DNA of 64,000 nucleotides from Gammaproteobacteria bacterium (GCA_038133485.1 JAYPTH010000001.1:33474-97473); one strand, 5' to 3'; numbered from the stretch's first letter, positions 46,996 through 58,770 are shown. Translations and numbers: made by a program. Notes: generated from the sequence alone by a model not told the origin.

Positions 46996-47924
46996 GCGAG
47001 ACAAGCCCAAAGTTAATTGATTGGATAGAGCAAACAACAGGCAAACATGAATTTTATATAGAGCAACTAAGAAAAGAAGCTAGTGACAGAAACTACTACC
47101 GTGTTAAAAGTGAGGAAATAAGTTATGTTGTTATGGAAAATACTAAGAATCCAGAATCAGCAGCGAATTTTCTTTATGCATCTAAATTATTGAAATCTTC
47201 TCATGTGAGTGTGCCAGAGATCTATGCGTTCTCAGAAGACTTAAATTTTCTTTTGATTGAAGATCTTGGTAATGATGTTCTGGACACAAATATAATTTTA
47301 AGTTCAGATGAGATTCTTGATGGTGCTCTTAAGGAGTTGAGAAAGATCTATAACGTCCCACTGGATGTCTTAAAAACACACGATCAAGAAGTTTTGTTAA
47401 ACCAAACCAGTAATTTTTTTTCAATATTTGAATACAAAAATATTCATCTAGATTCAGATGATCAAGAAAAATTGAATCAACTTCGCCATGATCTAGTTGG
47501 CTCTCTTATCTCTCAGGAATATGTGCCTTGTCATACAGACTTTGAGAGAAGAAATCTTTTAGCATTTAGGGAAAAAATTTATGTCATTGACTTCCAAGAT
47601 CTTTGTGTGGGGCCGATAGGAATAGATCTAGCATCTTTAGTATATGAACATCAATTTGATTATGAGCAAGAAGAAATTAGAGTTGCCATTGAAATACATG
47701 CTCTTGAGTCGAGGCTAAATCATCCAGAAACATTGATAAAAGATATCCATACCGCTTTGGCTCATCGCTCTATGAGAATAATTGGTACATTTATAGGGTA
47801 TTTCAAAGAAGGCAAATTATTAAATAGGCAAAAAGATATTGATCTTTTTATTGGCAGGTTGATATTTGCATTAAAGGAATTAAAGATTTTAGAAAATTAT
47901 AAATTTTTAGAAAAGTTATTATGA
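46992..47924 (+). CDS. amgK: Aminoglycoside-phosphotransferase-fold kinase, AmgK-like (anomeric MurNAc/GlcNAc kinase)
   Basis: Contains the 'CHTDFERRNLL' catalytic loop. It is paired with a MurU-like gene next to lptD, as in Pseudomonas. TTG start in a TTGA overlap. Confidence 0.65.
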   Translation: MSETSPKLIDWIEQTTGKHEFYIEQLRKEASDRNYYRVKSEEISYVVMENTKNPESAANFLYASKLLKSSHVSVPEIYAFSEDLNFLLIEDLGNDVLDTNIILSSDEILDGALKELRKIYNVPLDVLKTHDQEVLLNQTSNFFSIFEYKNIHLDSDDQEKLNQLRHDLVGSLISQEYVPCHTDFERRNLLAFREKIYVIDFQDLCVGPIGIDLASLVYEHQFDYEQEEIRVAIEIHALESRLNHPETLIKDIHTALAHRSMRIIGTFIGYFKEGKLLNRQKDIDLFIGRLIFALKELKILENYKFLEKLL

Positions 47925-48553
47925 ATGCAATAATTCTGGCGGCAGGAGAAGGCAAAAGATTAATGCCTTTAACAAAAGATACCCCCAAGGCATTAATAAA
48001 GATTAATGGTAAACCATTATTGCAATACCATTTAGATAAACTCTTAGCTCAAGATTATAAAAATATAGTAGTTACTTGCTTTACTCATGCAGATCAAATC
48101 AAGAATTTCTTGACCGAGAATTATGCACTGAAGAACGTTCAAGTTAGTGAGGAAAGGGAATTGCTTGGCACAGGCGGCGGCATTAAGAATGCTATGAAAT
48201 TAATTAATAATGATGATTGTTTGATTGTAAATGCTGATATTTTTTCAGACATAGATTATGGAAAATTGAAAGATTGCCGATCACCTAAGGTTTTTGCAGT
48301 TAGGGCTAAAAAAGGTGATTTTAATATTAAAAAAAATAAAGTTTTTCTAGATGGCAGTCGGGGATATACCTTTACTGGTATAAGCATTATCAATCAATCA
48401 TTCTTTTCTAAAATCAATTTACAAGTCTTTGATTATTGGCAAGAAGTTCTCAAACCTATTGCTGCTTTAAATGAATTGGAAGCAGAAATTATAGACGCAA
48501 ACTGGTATGATGTAGGCACTATGGATGCGTTAAAAAATTTTAGGAATGAATAA
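47921..48553 (+). CDS. murU: Sugar-1-phosphate nucleotidyltransferase, MurU-like
   Basis: Contains the '[14 protein letters not shown]' motif and follows amgK. Confidence 0.7.
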   Translation: MNAIILAAGEGKRLMPLTKDTPKALIKINGKPLLQYHLDKLLAQDYKNIVVTCFTHADQIKNFLTENYALKNVQVSEERELLGTGGGIKNAMKLINNDDCLIVNADIFSDIDYGKLKDCRSPKVFAVRAKKGDFNIKKNKVFLDGSRGYTFTGISIINQSFFSKINLQVFDYWQEVLKPIAALNELEAEIIDANWYDVGTMDALKNFRNE

Positions 48554-49205
48554 AGTAATTGCTCCTTCTATCTTGTCTGCTGATTTTGCTCGCCTGGGAG
48601 AAGAGGTAACGGAAGTTATTGATGCTGGTGCTGAATGGATACATTTTGATGTGATGGACAATCATTATGTGCCTAATTTAACTGTGGGTCCGATGGTATG
48701 TGAGTCTTTAAGAAATTATGGGATTAAAAATTTTATTGATGTTCATCTAATGGTTGAACCAGTTGATGATCTAGTTAGTAAATTTGCTGATGCTGGTGCT
48801 GATATGATTTCATTCCATCCTGAAGCAAGCCATCACGTGCATAGAACCCTTCAAAAAATCAAAGATTCAGGTTGCCAAGCTGGGCTTGTGCTAAATCCAG
48901 GAAGCCCAATCTCATTAGTTAATGATCTTCTTGAAGAAGTAGACTTAGTTTTATTAATGTCTGTCAATCCAGGTTTTGGAGGACAAAAATTTATCAGCAA
49001 AACTCTTGAAAAAATAAGAAAACTCAGAAAAAAGCTAGATAAGCTCAAGAGGCCTGTGAGGTTGGAAGTTGATGGCGGCATCAATCTAGATAATATTAAA
49101 GAGGTTAGTAATGCAGGTGCGGACACTTTTGTGATGGGTTCAGCAATTTTTGGCTCAAATGACTATAAAAAAACAATTTCTACTGCTTATAGCCTTATTG
49201 CTTAG
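48546..49205 (+). CDS. rpe: Ribulose-phosphate 3-epimerase
   Basis: Contains '[12 protein letters not shown]' and '[10 protein letters not shown]'. Confidence 0.95.
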   Translation: MNKVIAPSILSADFARLGEEVTEVIDAGAEWIHFDVMDNHYVPNLTVGPMVCESLRNYGIKNFIDVHLMVEPVDDLVSKFADAGADMISFHPEASHHVHRTLQKIKDSGCQAGLVLNPGSPISLVNDLLEEVDLVLLMSVNPGFGGQKFISKTLEKIRKLRKKLDKLKRPVRLEVDGGINLDNIKEVSNAGADTFVMGSAIFGSNDYKKTISTAYSLIA

Positions 49206-49572
49206 TAGTTTCTTTGAATCTGCTCAGATAAAAATTAAAGATTTTCAACTTTTTGTAGAAATTGTTGAATCAACAGAAGATCGAGCTAGAGGCTTAATGC
49301 ATAGAACAGAACTAGATGCCAACGCAGGCATGCTTTTCATATGGCCAGAAGCTGACCGAAAATGTATGTGGATGAAAAATACATCTATTCCCTTAAGTGT
49401 TGCTTACCTCGATGAAAGATATGTAATCAGAGAAATTTATGACCTGATTCCATATTCTGAAAAAAATGTTTGCTCTAAATCTAAAAAGATAAAGTATGCC
49501 TTGGAGGTGAATAAAGATTGGTTCAAGGAAAAAGATATTAGGATTTTATCTAAAGTTTCTTTATTAGACTAA
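49159..49572 (+). CDS. DUF192 domain protein (secreted)
   Basis: Contains the 'RARGLMHR' and 'GMLFIW' motifs and a signal peptide. It overlaps the rpe 3' end by about 47 nt. Confidence 0.7.
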   Translation: MTIKKQFLLLIALLLSSFFESAQIKIKDFQLFVEIVESTEDRARGLMHRTELDANAGMLFIWPEADRKCMWMKNTSIPLSVAYLDERYVIREIYDLIPYSEKNVCSKSKKIKYALEVNKDWFKEKDIRILSKVSLLD

Positions 49573-50189
49573 ATATACCTACTTAAGGTTGTCATTATCT
49601 TAGATGTTGCTGTCATAATTCCTTTTACTGGTAAAGGCAGCTCAGCACTTCCATGATTTTTTGCTTCTTGACCATGCGCTTCTTCTTCTTCTAACATTTT
49701 TTCAAGAATTTCTCTGCTCTTTACATCCTTTGGAGACATTTCATTAAGATGTCTTTTCAGATGTTCAACAACCTGTTTTTCTGTTTCTTCTACGAAGCCT
49801 AAACTAGTCTTATCTCCAATCAAACCTGCAATTGAACCTAATGTAAATGATCCAACATAGTACAAAGGGTCAAGTAAAGATTTCTTTCCTCCAAGCTCTT
49901 CGAGACGCTTACTGCACCATTCGAGATGTACAAACTCTTCGTCGCCAGCTTTAAGTAGGTGTTTTTTTATTTCAGGTGTTTTTGAGAAAAATGCTTGCCC
50001 TCTATAAAGTGCTTGTGCAGACACTTCTCCAGAGGCATTCACTCTCATCAGAGAGATTGACTGCTTTTTATCTGTGTCAGAAAGATTATTTTCAAGCTCT
50101 CCCTTATCTTTGTAGTTTATTATTCTAAGGAAATGACTAAATTCTTTTGCAACTTTATCACTAAGACTCATAAATTTCCCCAATATCAT
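49569..50189 (-). CDS. coq7: Demethoxyubiquinol hydroxylase Coq7 (di-iron)
   Basis: Contains 'RVNASGEVSAQALYRGQ' and the 'EEEAHG' ExxH motif. Confidence 0.85.
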   Translation of the reverse strand: MILGKFMSLSDKVAKEFSHFLRIINYKDKGELENNLSDTDKKQSISLMRVNASGEVSAQALYRGQAFFSKTPEIKKHLLKAGDEEFVHLEWCSKRLEELGGKKSLLDPLYYVGSFTLGSIAGLIGDKTSLGFVEETEKQVVEHLKRHLNEMSPKDVKSREILEKMLEEEEAHGQEAKNHGSAELPLPVKGIMTATSKIMTTLSRYI

Positions 50190-51420
50190 CTCTATAGGTG
50201 CAATTCTCGAAATTTACAGAGTCAATTTTGCTGTAAATAAATTTTTGGCAACTTTCAATTGAATCTCCTTGATAATTCAGTGAAAAAACTCTGCCTCCAG
50301 TACTTATTAGTACATTGTCAGAAATATTTGTTCCAGCATGAAAAAGTTTGCATTCACCTAAATCTCCAATTTCAATTGGCAAGTTATTTCTATATGATTC
50401 TGGGTACCCTCCAGATGCAATCACAACTCCCATTGCTGCACCTTTTTTCCAACTAATTTTTGGATCTTTATCATTTAAGGCATCTAGGAGAATGTTCAGG
50501 AAATCTGAATCCATTTGCATCATCAAACATTGGGTTTCTGGATCACCCAATCGACAATTATATTCAAGTACCTTAGGTTTGTTATCTTTAATCATTAGCC
50601 CAAAATACATAAAGCCATAATATGTAATGCCTCTATTGTTTAGTCCTTTTATGGTTGGATTAACAACTTGCTGAATAATGTTTTCTTTTAATTCGTCACT
50701 CATGAATGGTGATGGGGCAATGCAGCCCATTCCTCCAGTATTTGGCCCCTCGTTGCCTTTTAAAAGTGGTTTATAATCGACGCTAGTCTCAAATGGAATA
50801 AATTTTCCTGGTGTCATGATTCCCATAAAACTTAATTCAGTACCAAATAAACATTCTTCAATTAGTATTTTTTGACCAGCTTCTCCAAATTTAGAATCTT
50901 TCATTACTTCTTGTACCCAATTAATTGCTTCATTTACATTTTGGGCTACCAGCACACCCTTGCCGGCAGCTAACCCATCTGCTTTTAAAACTATTGGATA
51001 ATTGCAAGCTTTTAAATGCTCGCAAGCATTATCTGCAGAGTCAAAAAAATGTGCATCACCTGTAGGGATGTTATTTTCAAAAAGAAACTGCTTGGAATAA
51101 ATCTTCGATCCTTCAAGCTGAGCTCCGATAGCATCCGGTCCAAAAATCAATGTACCAGTTTCTGATAAATAGTCTTTAATGCCATTTACAAGGGGGTCTT
51201 CAGGCCCTACAACGACTAAATCTATCTGCTCGCTTTCAATCAAGTCTTTTATTCCAGAAAAATCTGTTACTTTAATTCCGGTATTTTCACATTTCTCCTC
51301 AGAAGATGTACCACCATTGCCAGGTGCAATAAAGATTTTTTTGCAGTCACTTGATTGAGCAAGTTTCCAAGCAATGGCATGCTCTCTTCCACCTTGACCA
51401 ATAACCAATACTTTCATCAA
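50161..51420 (-). CDS. purD: Phosphoribosylamine--glycine ligase
   Basis: Contains 'GGREHAIAWKL' and has an ATP-grasp pattern. Confidence 0.95.
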   Translation of the reverse strand: MMKVLVIGQGGREHAIAWKLAQSSDCKKIFIAPGNGGTSSEEKCENTGIKVTDFSGIKDLIESEQIDLVVVGPEDPLVNGIKDYLSETGTLIFGPDAIGAQLEGSKIYSKQFLFENNIPTGDAHFFDSADNACEHLKACNYPIVLKADGLAAGKGVLVAQNVNEAINWVQEVMKDSKFGEAGQKILIEECLFGTELSFMGIMTPGKFIPFETSVDYKPLLKGNEGPNTGGMGCIAPSPFMSDELKENIIQQVVNPTIKGLNNRGITYYGFMYFGLMIKDNKPKVLEYNCRLGDPETQCLMMQMDSDFLNILLDALNDKDPKISWKKGAAMGVVIASGGYPESYRNNLPIEIGDLGECKLFHAGTNISDNVLISTGGRVFSLNYQGDSIESCQKFIYSKIDSVNFENCTYRDDIGEIYES

Positions 51421-52910
51421 TGTTTAAAATGCCTTATTCCTGTAAAACACATCGTCATACCATGCTCATTAATTGCATCAATTACTTCCTGATCGCGAAC
51501 AGAACCTCCTGGCTGAATGACATGTTTAATGCCAGCTTCTGCTGCCAAGTCAATGTTATCCCTAAAAGGGAAAAAAGCATCTGAAGCCAATACACAGCCA
51601 GCAGTGTTTATACCTTCTTCTTTAGCTTTCATCACTGCTATTTTGGTACTGATGACCCTACTCATTTGACCAGCTCCAATTCCTATAGTCATTTTATCTT
51701 TAGCAAGGACGATGGCATTTGACTTCACATGTTTAGCAACTTTCATGGCAAAGATTAGATCATCTTGTTGCTCAGAGTTTGGTTTAATTTCTGAAACAGT
51801 TTTTAATTCATAGTCACTTGGATTTAAAGAATCAGAAGTTTGGGTAAGGTTAACTTCATAGATTGATCTATTTTCAGTGAAGCTTATTGCTAATGATTTT
51901 GAAATTAAAAGGCGTATATTTGGCTTATCAGCAAGTAACATTTTTGCATCAGCATCAAAGCTTTCAGCAATTATTACCTCAACAAATTGCTGTTCTAGAA
52001 TATGTTTCGCTAGCCCTCCATCAAGAGCACCATTTAAAGCAATTACTCCGCCAAATGCTGATGTAGGATCAGTTGAGAATGCTTTTTTATAAGCATCACT
52101 AAAACTATCAGATTCTGCCACTCCACACGGATTTGCATGCTTAACAATACATACTGCTGGATTTTTAAACTCATTAACGCATGCCCAGGCTGCAAGAGAA
52201 TCATTAACATTGTTATAGGAAACTTCTTTACCTTGTAATGGCGACAAGAAATCTATGGGAGAATTTTCAGTTACTGTTATAGAGGCATTTTGATGGGGGT
52301 TTTCACCATAACGTAATTTCTTGCTAGATTGATTTAATGAAATAGGGTGCTGATGTAACCAGCTATGGACAAGACTGTCATAAGATTCTGTAGTTGCAAA
52401 TACATGACCTGCTAATTCTCTAGATTCCTCTACAGTCATACCATTGATATTAATTTTTTGATAGTCCTTTGGATCACAAACACTAACCGTATGTTTGTAG
52501 TTCTTTGCTGCAGCTCTTAACATGGCCGGCCCACCTATATCGATCTTTTCAATCAGATCATCTTCAGTAGCAGATTCCTTTTTGAGTTCTTCAGCAAATG
52601 GATAGAGATTTACAATTACTAAATCAATTTTTTCAGCACCTAATTCTTCTAGCTCTTTCTGATCTTTATTGCCTCTAGCAAGAATACCAGCATGAATCTT
52701 TGGGTGCAGCGTTTTTACCCTGCCATTAAATAATTCTGGTGACCCTGTATAAGAAGAAACTTCTACCACGGAGACATTATTTTCAAGTAAATATTTTGCT
52801 GTGCCGCCAGAGGAAATGATTTTAATACCAGCATTATCTAAAGATTGAGCTAACTGTAAAATTCCATCTTTATTGTAGACACTAATGAGTGCTGTTTTAA
52901 TTTTTATCAT
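51417..52910 (-). CDS. purH: Bifunctional AICAR transformylase / IMP cyclohydrolase
   Basis: Has an MGS-like N-terminus and contains 'QPGGSVRD'. Confidence 0.95.
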   Translation of the reverse strand: MIKIKTALISVYNKDGILQLAQSLDNAGIKIISSGGTAKYLLENNVSVVEVSSYTGSPELFNGRVKTLHPKIHAGILARGNKDQKELEELGAEKIDLVIVNLYPFAEELKKESATEDDLIEKIDIGGPAMLRAAAKNYKHTVSVCDPKDYQKININGMTVEESRELAGHVFATTESYDSLVHSWLHQHPISLNQSSKKLRYGENPHQNASITVTENSPIDFLSPLQGKEVSYNNVNDSLAAWACVNEFKNPAVCIVKHANPCGVAESDSFSDAYKKAFSTDPTSAFGGVIALNGALDGGLAKHILEQQFVEVIIAESFDADAKMLLADKPNIRLLISKSLAISFTENRSIYEVNLTQTSDSLNPSDYELKTVSEIKPNSEQQDDLIFAMKVAKHVKSNAIVLAKDKMTIGIGAGQMSRVISTKIAVMKAKEEGINTAGCVLASDAFFPFRDNIDLAAEAGIKHVIQPGGSVRDQEVIDAINEHGMTMCFTGIRHFKH

Positions 52911-53164
52911 TAGAGTAGGCCGTATTTTTCAAGTTTTTTCCTAAGAGTTCCTCTATTCAGTCCTAGAATTTTGCTCGCCTCAGATTGATTCCCTTTGCAT
53001 TTTTTCAGCACTACTTCAAGTAAAGGGGGTTCGATTTGACTAAGAGTTAATTTATATAGTTCTATAGGAGTCTCACCATCTAGATTCCGATAATATCTCT
53101 TGATTGCTCTTTTAACTTCCCCGCGAAGACTTCTTTTACTTGTATTAAATTTGGTAGACATCAA
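52910..53164 (-). CDS. fis: DNA-binding protein Fis
   Basis: The C-terminal HTH 'GLNRGTLRKKLEKYG' is present. The fis-purH-purD order matches Pseudomonas. Confidence 0.85.
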   Translation of the reverse strand: MMSTKFNTSKRSLRGEVKRAIKRYYRNLDGETPIELYKLTLSQIEPPLLEVVLKKCKGNQSEASKILGLNRGTLRKKLEKYGLL

Positions 53165-53184
53165 ATGGTATAATTACTGCCTAA

Positions 53185-53874
53185 ATGAAGACAGCCTCGA
53201 TACTCCTCAAAAAAAAATTAGATAAAGATATTGATCATTTTTTAAGCAATAGTCAAATTCATTACTTAAAAAAAGTATTAAAAGTTAGGAAAGATGAATC
53301 GTTTCATGTATATGATGGCAGTGGCAGCAGGGCAAGTTGTATTTTTACTGATCATGATAAAATTACACTACTTGAGACTTCTTATTTTAACCAACACTAC
53401 ACTTGCAGTGCTTTAGTTCCTTTCTTAAAAAAAAATCATTTCGAATTTTGCCTACAAAAGTTAGTTGAAATTGGTGTGAGCAAGATATTTCTTTATATCT
53501 CTGAAAAAACAAAACATAAATTCTCTGCTGCCAAAGAGTCAACACGAAGCAAAAGGTATGAAGAGATAGTGGAGGCAGCATTTTTGCAATCAGAAAATTT
53601 TTACTTGCCCGAGATTGATATCTTAGAAGACATATATGCTATGGACTTCAATAATTTTCAATCAATATGTGTTTTGCATCAGATGGCTGAGGTAAAAATG
53701 AATAACAAAGAAACTTATGATCTAATTGTATCCGGGGGAGAGTTTGGTTTCTCCGATAATGAAGAAAAGTTTCTTAAGCAAACAACAGCAACTTTTTCTA
53801 ATTTAGGTAAAAATATACTTAGAGCAGAGACTGCACCGGTGGTAGCTCTAGCAATTAATAATATGAACTTATGA
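53185..53874 (+). CDS. rsmE: 16S rRNA (uracil1498-N3)-methyltransferase RsmE
   Basis: The C-terminal 'LRAETAPV' is present. The rsmE-gshB order matches E. coli. Confidence 0.75.
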   Translation: MKTASILLKKKLDKDIDHFLSNSQIHYLKKVLKVRKDESFHVYDGSGSRASCIFTDHDKITLLETSYFNQHYTCSALVPFLKKNHFEFCLQKLVEIGVSKIFLYISEKTKHKFSAAKESTRSKRYEEIVEAAFLQSENFYLPEIDILEDIYAMDFNNFQSICVLHQMAEVKMNNKETYDLIVSGGEFGFSDNEEKFLKQTTATFSNLGKNILRAETAPVVALAINNMNL

Positions 53875-54803
53875 AAGTAGCATTCATCATTAATGATTTT
53901 CATTCTATGGATATCAAGAAAGATACATCCATTTATTTAGCACATGAAGCATTCAGAAGAGGTATGGAAGTGCACACATTCAATACCAATAATATTTCTG
54001 TAATTAATAACCAACTATTTGCTAAAACCTCAAAGCTATCTTTCCCATCTAAGGATTCGTTAAATTTTGAACTACAGCCAAATGGCAGTGAAGATTTAAC
54101 AGATTTTTCATGTGTTATTAACAGAGTTAATCCGCCTTTCAATAAAGAATATTTATATATGACGATTCTTTTAGACACTTTTAAAATTAAATGCATTAAT
54201 CCAACTAAAGCTTTAAGGGAAGTTAATGAAAAATTATCTATTTTAAATTTTCCAGAAATTTCACCAATTACAAGAGTTTCTGCAGATCTAGAAGTCATCA
54301 AGGATATGTTTGAAATGGGTTTTGGTAGGCTGGTTTTAAAACCTCTCGATGGAATGGGTGGAAAATCAATCTTTCTTGTTAATAAGGATGATAAGAATTT
54401 ATCAGTAATTTGGGAAAGCATGACACATAGGGGTAAACATCAAATCATGGTGCAAGAATATATAGAAGCAGCTCAAGAGGGTGACAACAGAATCGTGATC
54501 ATCAATGGTGCTTTGCTTGAAAATAAATTGATACGTATACCAGATCCAAAAGATTTCAGAGGCAATCTAGCTGCAGGAGCTACTTCAAAAGTTGAAAAAG
54601 TGACCCCGAACGACGTGAGCATAGCTAAGAATTTAATCCCATTTCTTAATGAGCAAAATATTTACTTCGCTGGGGCAGATATTTTAGGCGGTAAGTTATC
54701 TGAGCTAAACATCACTTCGCCAACCTGTTTACAAGAAATTAACAATAACTCTGACAGTAATCCTGGAAGGGTTTTTTGGGACAATCTGGACAAATTTGAA
54801 TAG
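53871..54803 (+). CDS. gshB: Glutathione synthetase
   Basis: Has an ATP-grasp fold and contains 'LKPLDGMGGKSIF'. Confidence 0.9.
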   Translation: MKVAFIINDFHSMDIKKDTSIYLAHEAFRRGMEVHTFNTNNISVINNQLFAKTSKLSFPSKDSLNFELQPNGSEDLTDFSCVINRVNPPFNKEYLYMTILLDTFKIKCINPTKALREVNEKLSILNFPEISPITRVSADLEVIKDMFEMGFGRLVLKPLDGMGGKSIFLVNKDDKNLSVIWESMTHRGKHQIMVQEYIEAAQEGDNRIVIINGALLENKLIRIPDPKDFRGNLAAGATSKVEKVTPNDVSIAKNLIPFLNEQNIYFAGADILGGKLSELNITSPTCLQEINNNSDSNPGRVFWDNLDKFE

Positions 54804-55173
54804 TAAAAAGGCAGAGGTAGTTATTTGTTTCGACTATGGAACAAATAAAGTCGGGGCATGTATAGGTGAAACCTATACTGGAGCCTGTTCACCGCTAGAT
54901 GTGCTTGCAAACAACAGCAGACTTTATGATGCAATTAAAGCAGTGGTTAAAGAATGGAATCCAAACCTGTTTTTAATTGGCATGCCGAGTAAGCCAACTG
55001 AAGGATTTAAAAAAAGCATCAAAATTTTTATACATACTCTTGAGAGTGAATTCCAGCTAAGAGTTGAGATAACCAATGAAGATTTTACAAGTATGGGAAT
55101 ATCTGGAGAAAAAAAGGATTCTGAATCTGCAATGTTAATATTTCAAGATTGGTTTAACTTAAATTATGGCTAG
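54796..55173 (+). CDS. ruvX: Putative pre-16S rRNA nuclease / Holliday-junction-resolvase-like RuvX (YqgF)
   Basis: Contains the 'CFDYGTNKVG' motif. The gshB-yqgF synteny supports it. TTG start. Confidence 0.8.
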   Translation: MNSKKAEVVICFDYGTNKVGACIGETYTGACSPLDVLANNSRLYDAIKAVVKEWNPNLFLIGMPSKPTEGFKKSIKIFIHTLESEFQLRVEITNEDFTSMGISGEKKDSESAMLIFQDWFNLNYG

Positions 55174-56899
55174 AATACCTCGTGAATTTATAGATAAATT
55201 AGTTGATGAATCTGATATTGTTTCAGTATTAGGACAGTACTTAAATCTAAGCAAAAAAAGTAGTAATTATGTGACAAATTGCCCATTTCATGAGGAAAAG
55301 ACTGCCTCATTTACAGTGAGTCCACAGAAATCTATTTATCACTGTTTTGGTTGCAAGAAGGGAGGTAACGTACTTACTTTCTTGCAGGATTATGGAGGCT
55401 TAGATTTTATTGAGGCTGTAGAAAAGTTAGCTGAAATCAATGGCGTGGAAATCCCTAAATCATCTAAAAATGAATACGACAGCTTTTCATCAATTTATGC
55501 AATTAATGAAGTTGTTGCTAATTTTTACTACCAGTTCATTAAAGATCATCCTAAATCTGATGCAGTTGCATACTTAAAGGAGCGCGGTCTTAAGGGTCAA
55601 ACTGTAAAGGATTTTTCAATTGGGTTTGCAGAAAAAAATCAACCAGCATTACTCAAGCTGCTTACTAAACAATTCTCTGAAGAAGATATCCAAAAAAGTG
55701 GCACATTTTTAAAGCGAGACAATGGTTTTTTTCCATTTTTCAGAGAGCGTATTATTTTTCCTATTAAAAATATTAAAGGGAAAATAATTGGTTTTGGTGG
55801 CAGAGCTTTGGGTGATGGCATGCCAAAATATCTTAATTCGAAAGATAGCCCTTTTTTTCGTAAGGCAAAAGAATTATATGGTTTTGATCTAGCACGAACT
55901 TCAAAAAAATATGATTATTTTTTTGTCACTGAAGGTTACATGGATGTAAATATGTTGCATCAAAATGGCATCGATTGTGCTGTGGCTTCACTTGGCACCT
56001 CTTTTTCCAATAACCATTTAAATAATTTATTTAGATACAAAAGCAAAGTTATTTTCTGTTTTGATTCTGATGAGGCTGGCTTAAAAGCTGCCTGGAGAGC
56101 ACTAAATATTTCATTATCTCTAACGATTGATGATAAAACAATTCGTTTCATGTTTCTTCCTAAAGGTGAAGATCCTGATTCATTTATAAAAAAGAATGGC
56201 AGCCAAGCTCTACTTGATCGCGCTGAAAGGTCAATGGATATTGAGACATTTATCTATCAATATTTAAAAAGAAATAAAGATATTGAGTCATCAGAAGATA
56301 TGCGAATCATACTTTTTGAGCTGAAGAAGATAATCGGAAATATAAAATCAGAGCTGCTTAAGGAAACCTTATTAGCAAAATTCTCAAAAGAACTATCAAT
56401 CAATAAAGAAAGCATTCTAAGAGATGATGTCAATGTAAAAAAGGCAAATAAACCTGCTGCAAACAAGGAACCAAAACCCAGCTATGAGAATAATCTGTTA
56501 CTGGTTATCTATCTCTATGAATCTTATAAAGATGCGCTTAATGCAAAAGATTTCTTCAATTTTTTAAAGAAAAGCGAGCATCAAGAAATGCTCGACTTGC
56601 TTGATATCATGCAATCAATAAGTGACAAAAATACAACTCACAAAGAAAGTGCAGTTTTCGCAAATGCCATGATGATAAATCTAAAGATTACACCTGATGA
56701 GGCAATGGAAGAGTTTGAAAGAGCTTCTGATCAACTGAGATACATTTTTGATAACAATTTTATGGAATATTTAATTGAGTTAGCCAATGAAAAAAAATTA
56801 TCTATAACTAGAAAAGAAAGTTTGCAAAAAATCCTTAATTTAAGAGAAAATGCTTCAGATCAAGAGAAACAACTTATACAATTGCTAAACGCTTATTAG
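55166..56899 (+). CDS. dnaG: DNA primase
   Basis: Contains the zinc ribbon 'CPFHEEKTASFTVSPQKSIYHCFGC' and the TOPRIM motif 'VTEGYMD'. Confidence 0.95.
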   Translation: MARIPREFIDKLVDESDIVSVLGQYLNLSKKSSNYVTNCPFHEEKTASFTVSPQKSIYHCFGCKKGGNVLTFLQDYGGLDFIEAVEKLAEINGVEIPKSSKNEYDSFSSIYAINEVVANFYYQFIKDHPKSDAVAYLKERGLKGQTVKDFSIGFAEKNQPALLKLLTKQFSEEDIQKSGTFLKRDNGFFPFFRERIIFPIKNIKGKIIGFGGRALGDGMPKYLNSKDSPFFRKAKELYGFDLARTSKKYDYFFVTEGYMDVNMLHQNGIDCAVASLGTSFSNNHLNNLFRYKSKVIFCFDSDEAGLKAAWRALNISLSLTIDDKTIRFMFLPKGEDPDSFIKKNGSQALLDRAERSMDIETFIYQYLKRNKDIESSEDMRIILFELKKIIGNIKSELLKETLLAKFSKELSINKESILRDDVNVKKANKPAANKEPKPSYENNLLLVIYLYESYKDALNAKDFFNFLKKSEHQEMLDLLDIMQSISDKNTTHKESAVFANAMMINLKITPDEAMEEFERASDQLRYIFDNNFMEYLIELANEKKLSITRKESLQKILNLRENASDQEKQLIQLLNAY

Positions 56900-56933
56900 T
56901 TGATTTTTTTAATTTAAGAAACATATAACAGAA

Positions 56934-58742
56934 ATGTCAGAAAAAACCTCACCGCAAAATGATATTGCACAGTTAATCCAGCTTGGCAGAGAACAAGGAT
57001 ACCTAACATATGCGGATATCACAGACACATTGCCAGATGGGTCAACAGATGAAGACAACTTTGAAGAAATAGTTCAAGTGCTTCGTGACATGGGTATTAA
57101 GGTTTTCGAAAGCACTCCAGATGAAGATGAACTTATGCTCGGAGAAGATGAAGACACGGATGATCTAGCCGCAGAAGATGCTGTAGCCGCGTTATCACAG
57201 ACTGAAATAGAATCAGGCCGAACAACTGATCCAGTCAGAATGTATATGAGGGAAATGGGAAGCGTTGATCTGCTGACAAAAACAGGTGAAATTGATATTG
57301 CTAAGCGAATAGAAGCAGCAATGAAAGAAGTTTTATCATTGTGTGCAGAATACCCATTATGCATCGAATATATTTTAGATTTCTTTGTCCGCATCAAGGC
57401 TGGGGAGAAAAAAGTTCAAGATCTAATTTCTGGCTTTATGTTAGATGAACCCGAAGAAGAAATTCAAGAAGAAGAATTCGTTGAAGCGGCAGACGATGAT
57501 TCGGATGCCGACCATGATGATGAAGAAGCCAATGTTATTTCTTTCGAAGAATGTGAAGCAAAGATAAAAATTATCAAAAGAGAATACAGCAAGTATGTAA
57601 AATCCCTTGATGGTGGAGCGCTTGATGCAAAAGCTCAAAAAGCACTAGATAAACTTAAAGATGAATTTCAAAGAATTAAATTCAACTCAAAAGTTTTTGA
57701 TACCCTAGTCTTAATTCCAGCAGAAAGAAAAACTCAAGTCGGTGCTTTTGAAAGAGAGTTGAAAACTATGCTGGTTAAAAACATAAAAGTACCAAACAAA
57801 GAAGCCAGAGAGCTTGTGGAAGAAAATCTTATTGATACAAAACTTTTAACAAAACTTGCTAAAGATAAAAGATTCAACAAAAAAGATATAGATGAAGTAA
57901 AACCAACATTTATTAGGATTCAAAAAGATCTGATTAAGATTGATGAAAATAATTTAATGCCAGTTACCCAGATTCTTTCATTAAATAGAAGAATCAATAA
58001 AGCATATCGCGGCTTATTAATGGCCAAAAAAGAGATGATCGAAGCCAATTTAAGATTAGTTATTTCCATTGCAAAAAAATACACCAATAGAGGCTTGCAA
58101 TTCCTAGATCTAATTCAAGAAGGCAACATAGGTCTCATGAAAGCGGTCGATAAATTTGAATATCGCAGAGGCTACAAGTTCTCAACATATGCAACCTGGT
58201 GGATTAGACAGGCAATTACCAGATCAATTGCCGATCAGGCCAGAACAATCAGAATTCCAGTGCATATGATTGAGACAATTAATAAACTAAATCGTCTTTC
58301 TAGACAGATGATGCAAGAAATTGGGAGAGAGCCAACACCAGAAGAAATGTCAAAACGTCTTGATATCCCTGAAGACAAAATGAGAAAGGTGATGAAGATT
58401 GCTAAGGAACCAATTTCCATGGAAACACCAATTGGTGATGATGAAGATTCAAACCTAGGAGACTTCTTAGAGGATACATCTATTAATTCACCTATTGACG
58501 ATGCAGCCATTAGGGGGCTAAAAGATGCCACTGATGAAATTCTTGCATCTTTAACAGCTAGAGAGGCAAAAGTTCTAAGAATGAGGTTTGGCATTGGCAT
58601 GAATAATGACCATACTCTTGAAGAAGTAGGTAAACAGTTTGATGTTACCAGAGAGAGAATTAGACAGATTGAAGCCAAAGCACTTCGAAAATTAAGACAT
58701 CCTACCAGATCTGATGTCTTAAAAAGTTTTCTACACGAGTAA
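56934..58742 (+). CDS. rpoD: RNA polymerase sigma-70 factor RpoD
   Basis: Contains '[27 protein letters not shown]' and has the acidic region 1. It follows dnaG. Confidence 0.97.
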   Translation: MSEKTSPQNDIAQLIQLGREQGYLTYADITDTLPDGSTDEDNFEEIVQVLRDMGIKVFESTPDEDELMLGEDEDTDDLAAEDAVAALSQTEIESGRTTDPVRMYMREMGSVDLLTKTGEIDIAKRIEAAMKEVLSLCAEYPLCIEYILDFFVRIKAGEKKVQDLISGFMLDEPEEEIQEEEFVEAADDDSDADHDDEEANVISFEECEAKIKIIKREYSKYVKSLDGGALDAKAQKALDKLKDEFQRIKFNSKVFDTLVLIPAERKTQVGAFERELKTMLVKNIKVPNKEARELVEENLIDTKLLTKLAKDKRFNKKDIDEVKPTFIRIQKDLIKIDENNLMPVTQILSLNRRINKAYRGLLMAKKEMIEANLRLVISIAKKYTNRGLQFLDLIQEGNIGLMKAVDKFEYRRGYKFSTYATWWIRQAITRSIADQARTIRIPVHMIETINKLNRLSRQMMQEIGREPTPEEMSKRLDIPEDKMRKVMKIAKEPISMETPIGDDEDSNLGDFLEDTSINSPIDDAAIRGLKDATDEILASLTAREAKVLRMRFGIGMNNDHTLEEVGKQFDVTRERIRQIEAKALRKLRHPTRSDVLKSFLHE

Positions 58743-58770
58743 GTAAAAATACTTTACAATTTTGATCTTT

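Noticed and set aside
53933-54421. A 162-aa ORF antisense to gshB. Similar long antisense ORFs occur at 58235-58678 (rpoD), 21182-21598 (pgk), 5750-6097 (qor), 6700-7053 (gshA), 29025-29360 (ubiB) and 37056-37442 (rpiA).
   Set aside because: Each lies wholly inside a well-supported conserved gene on the other strand. Their Ser/Leu/Ile-rich, low-complexity composition is typical of antisense read-through frames. None has an SD or a family motif. I treat them as shadow ORFs.
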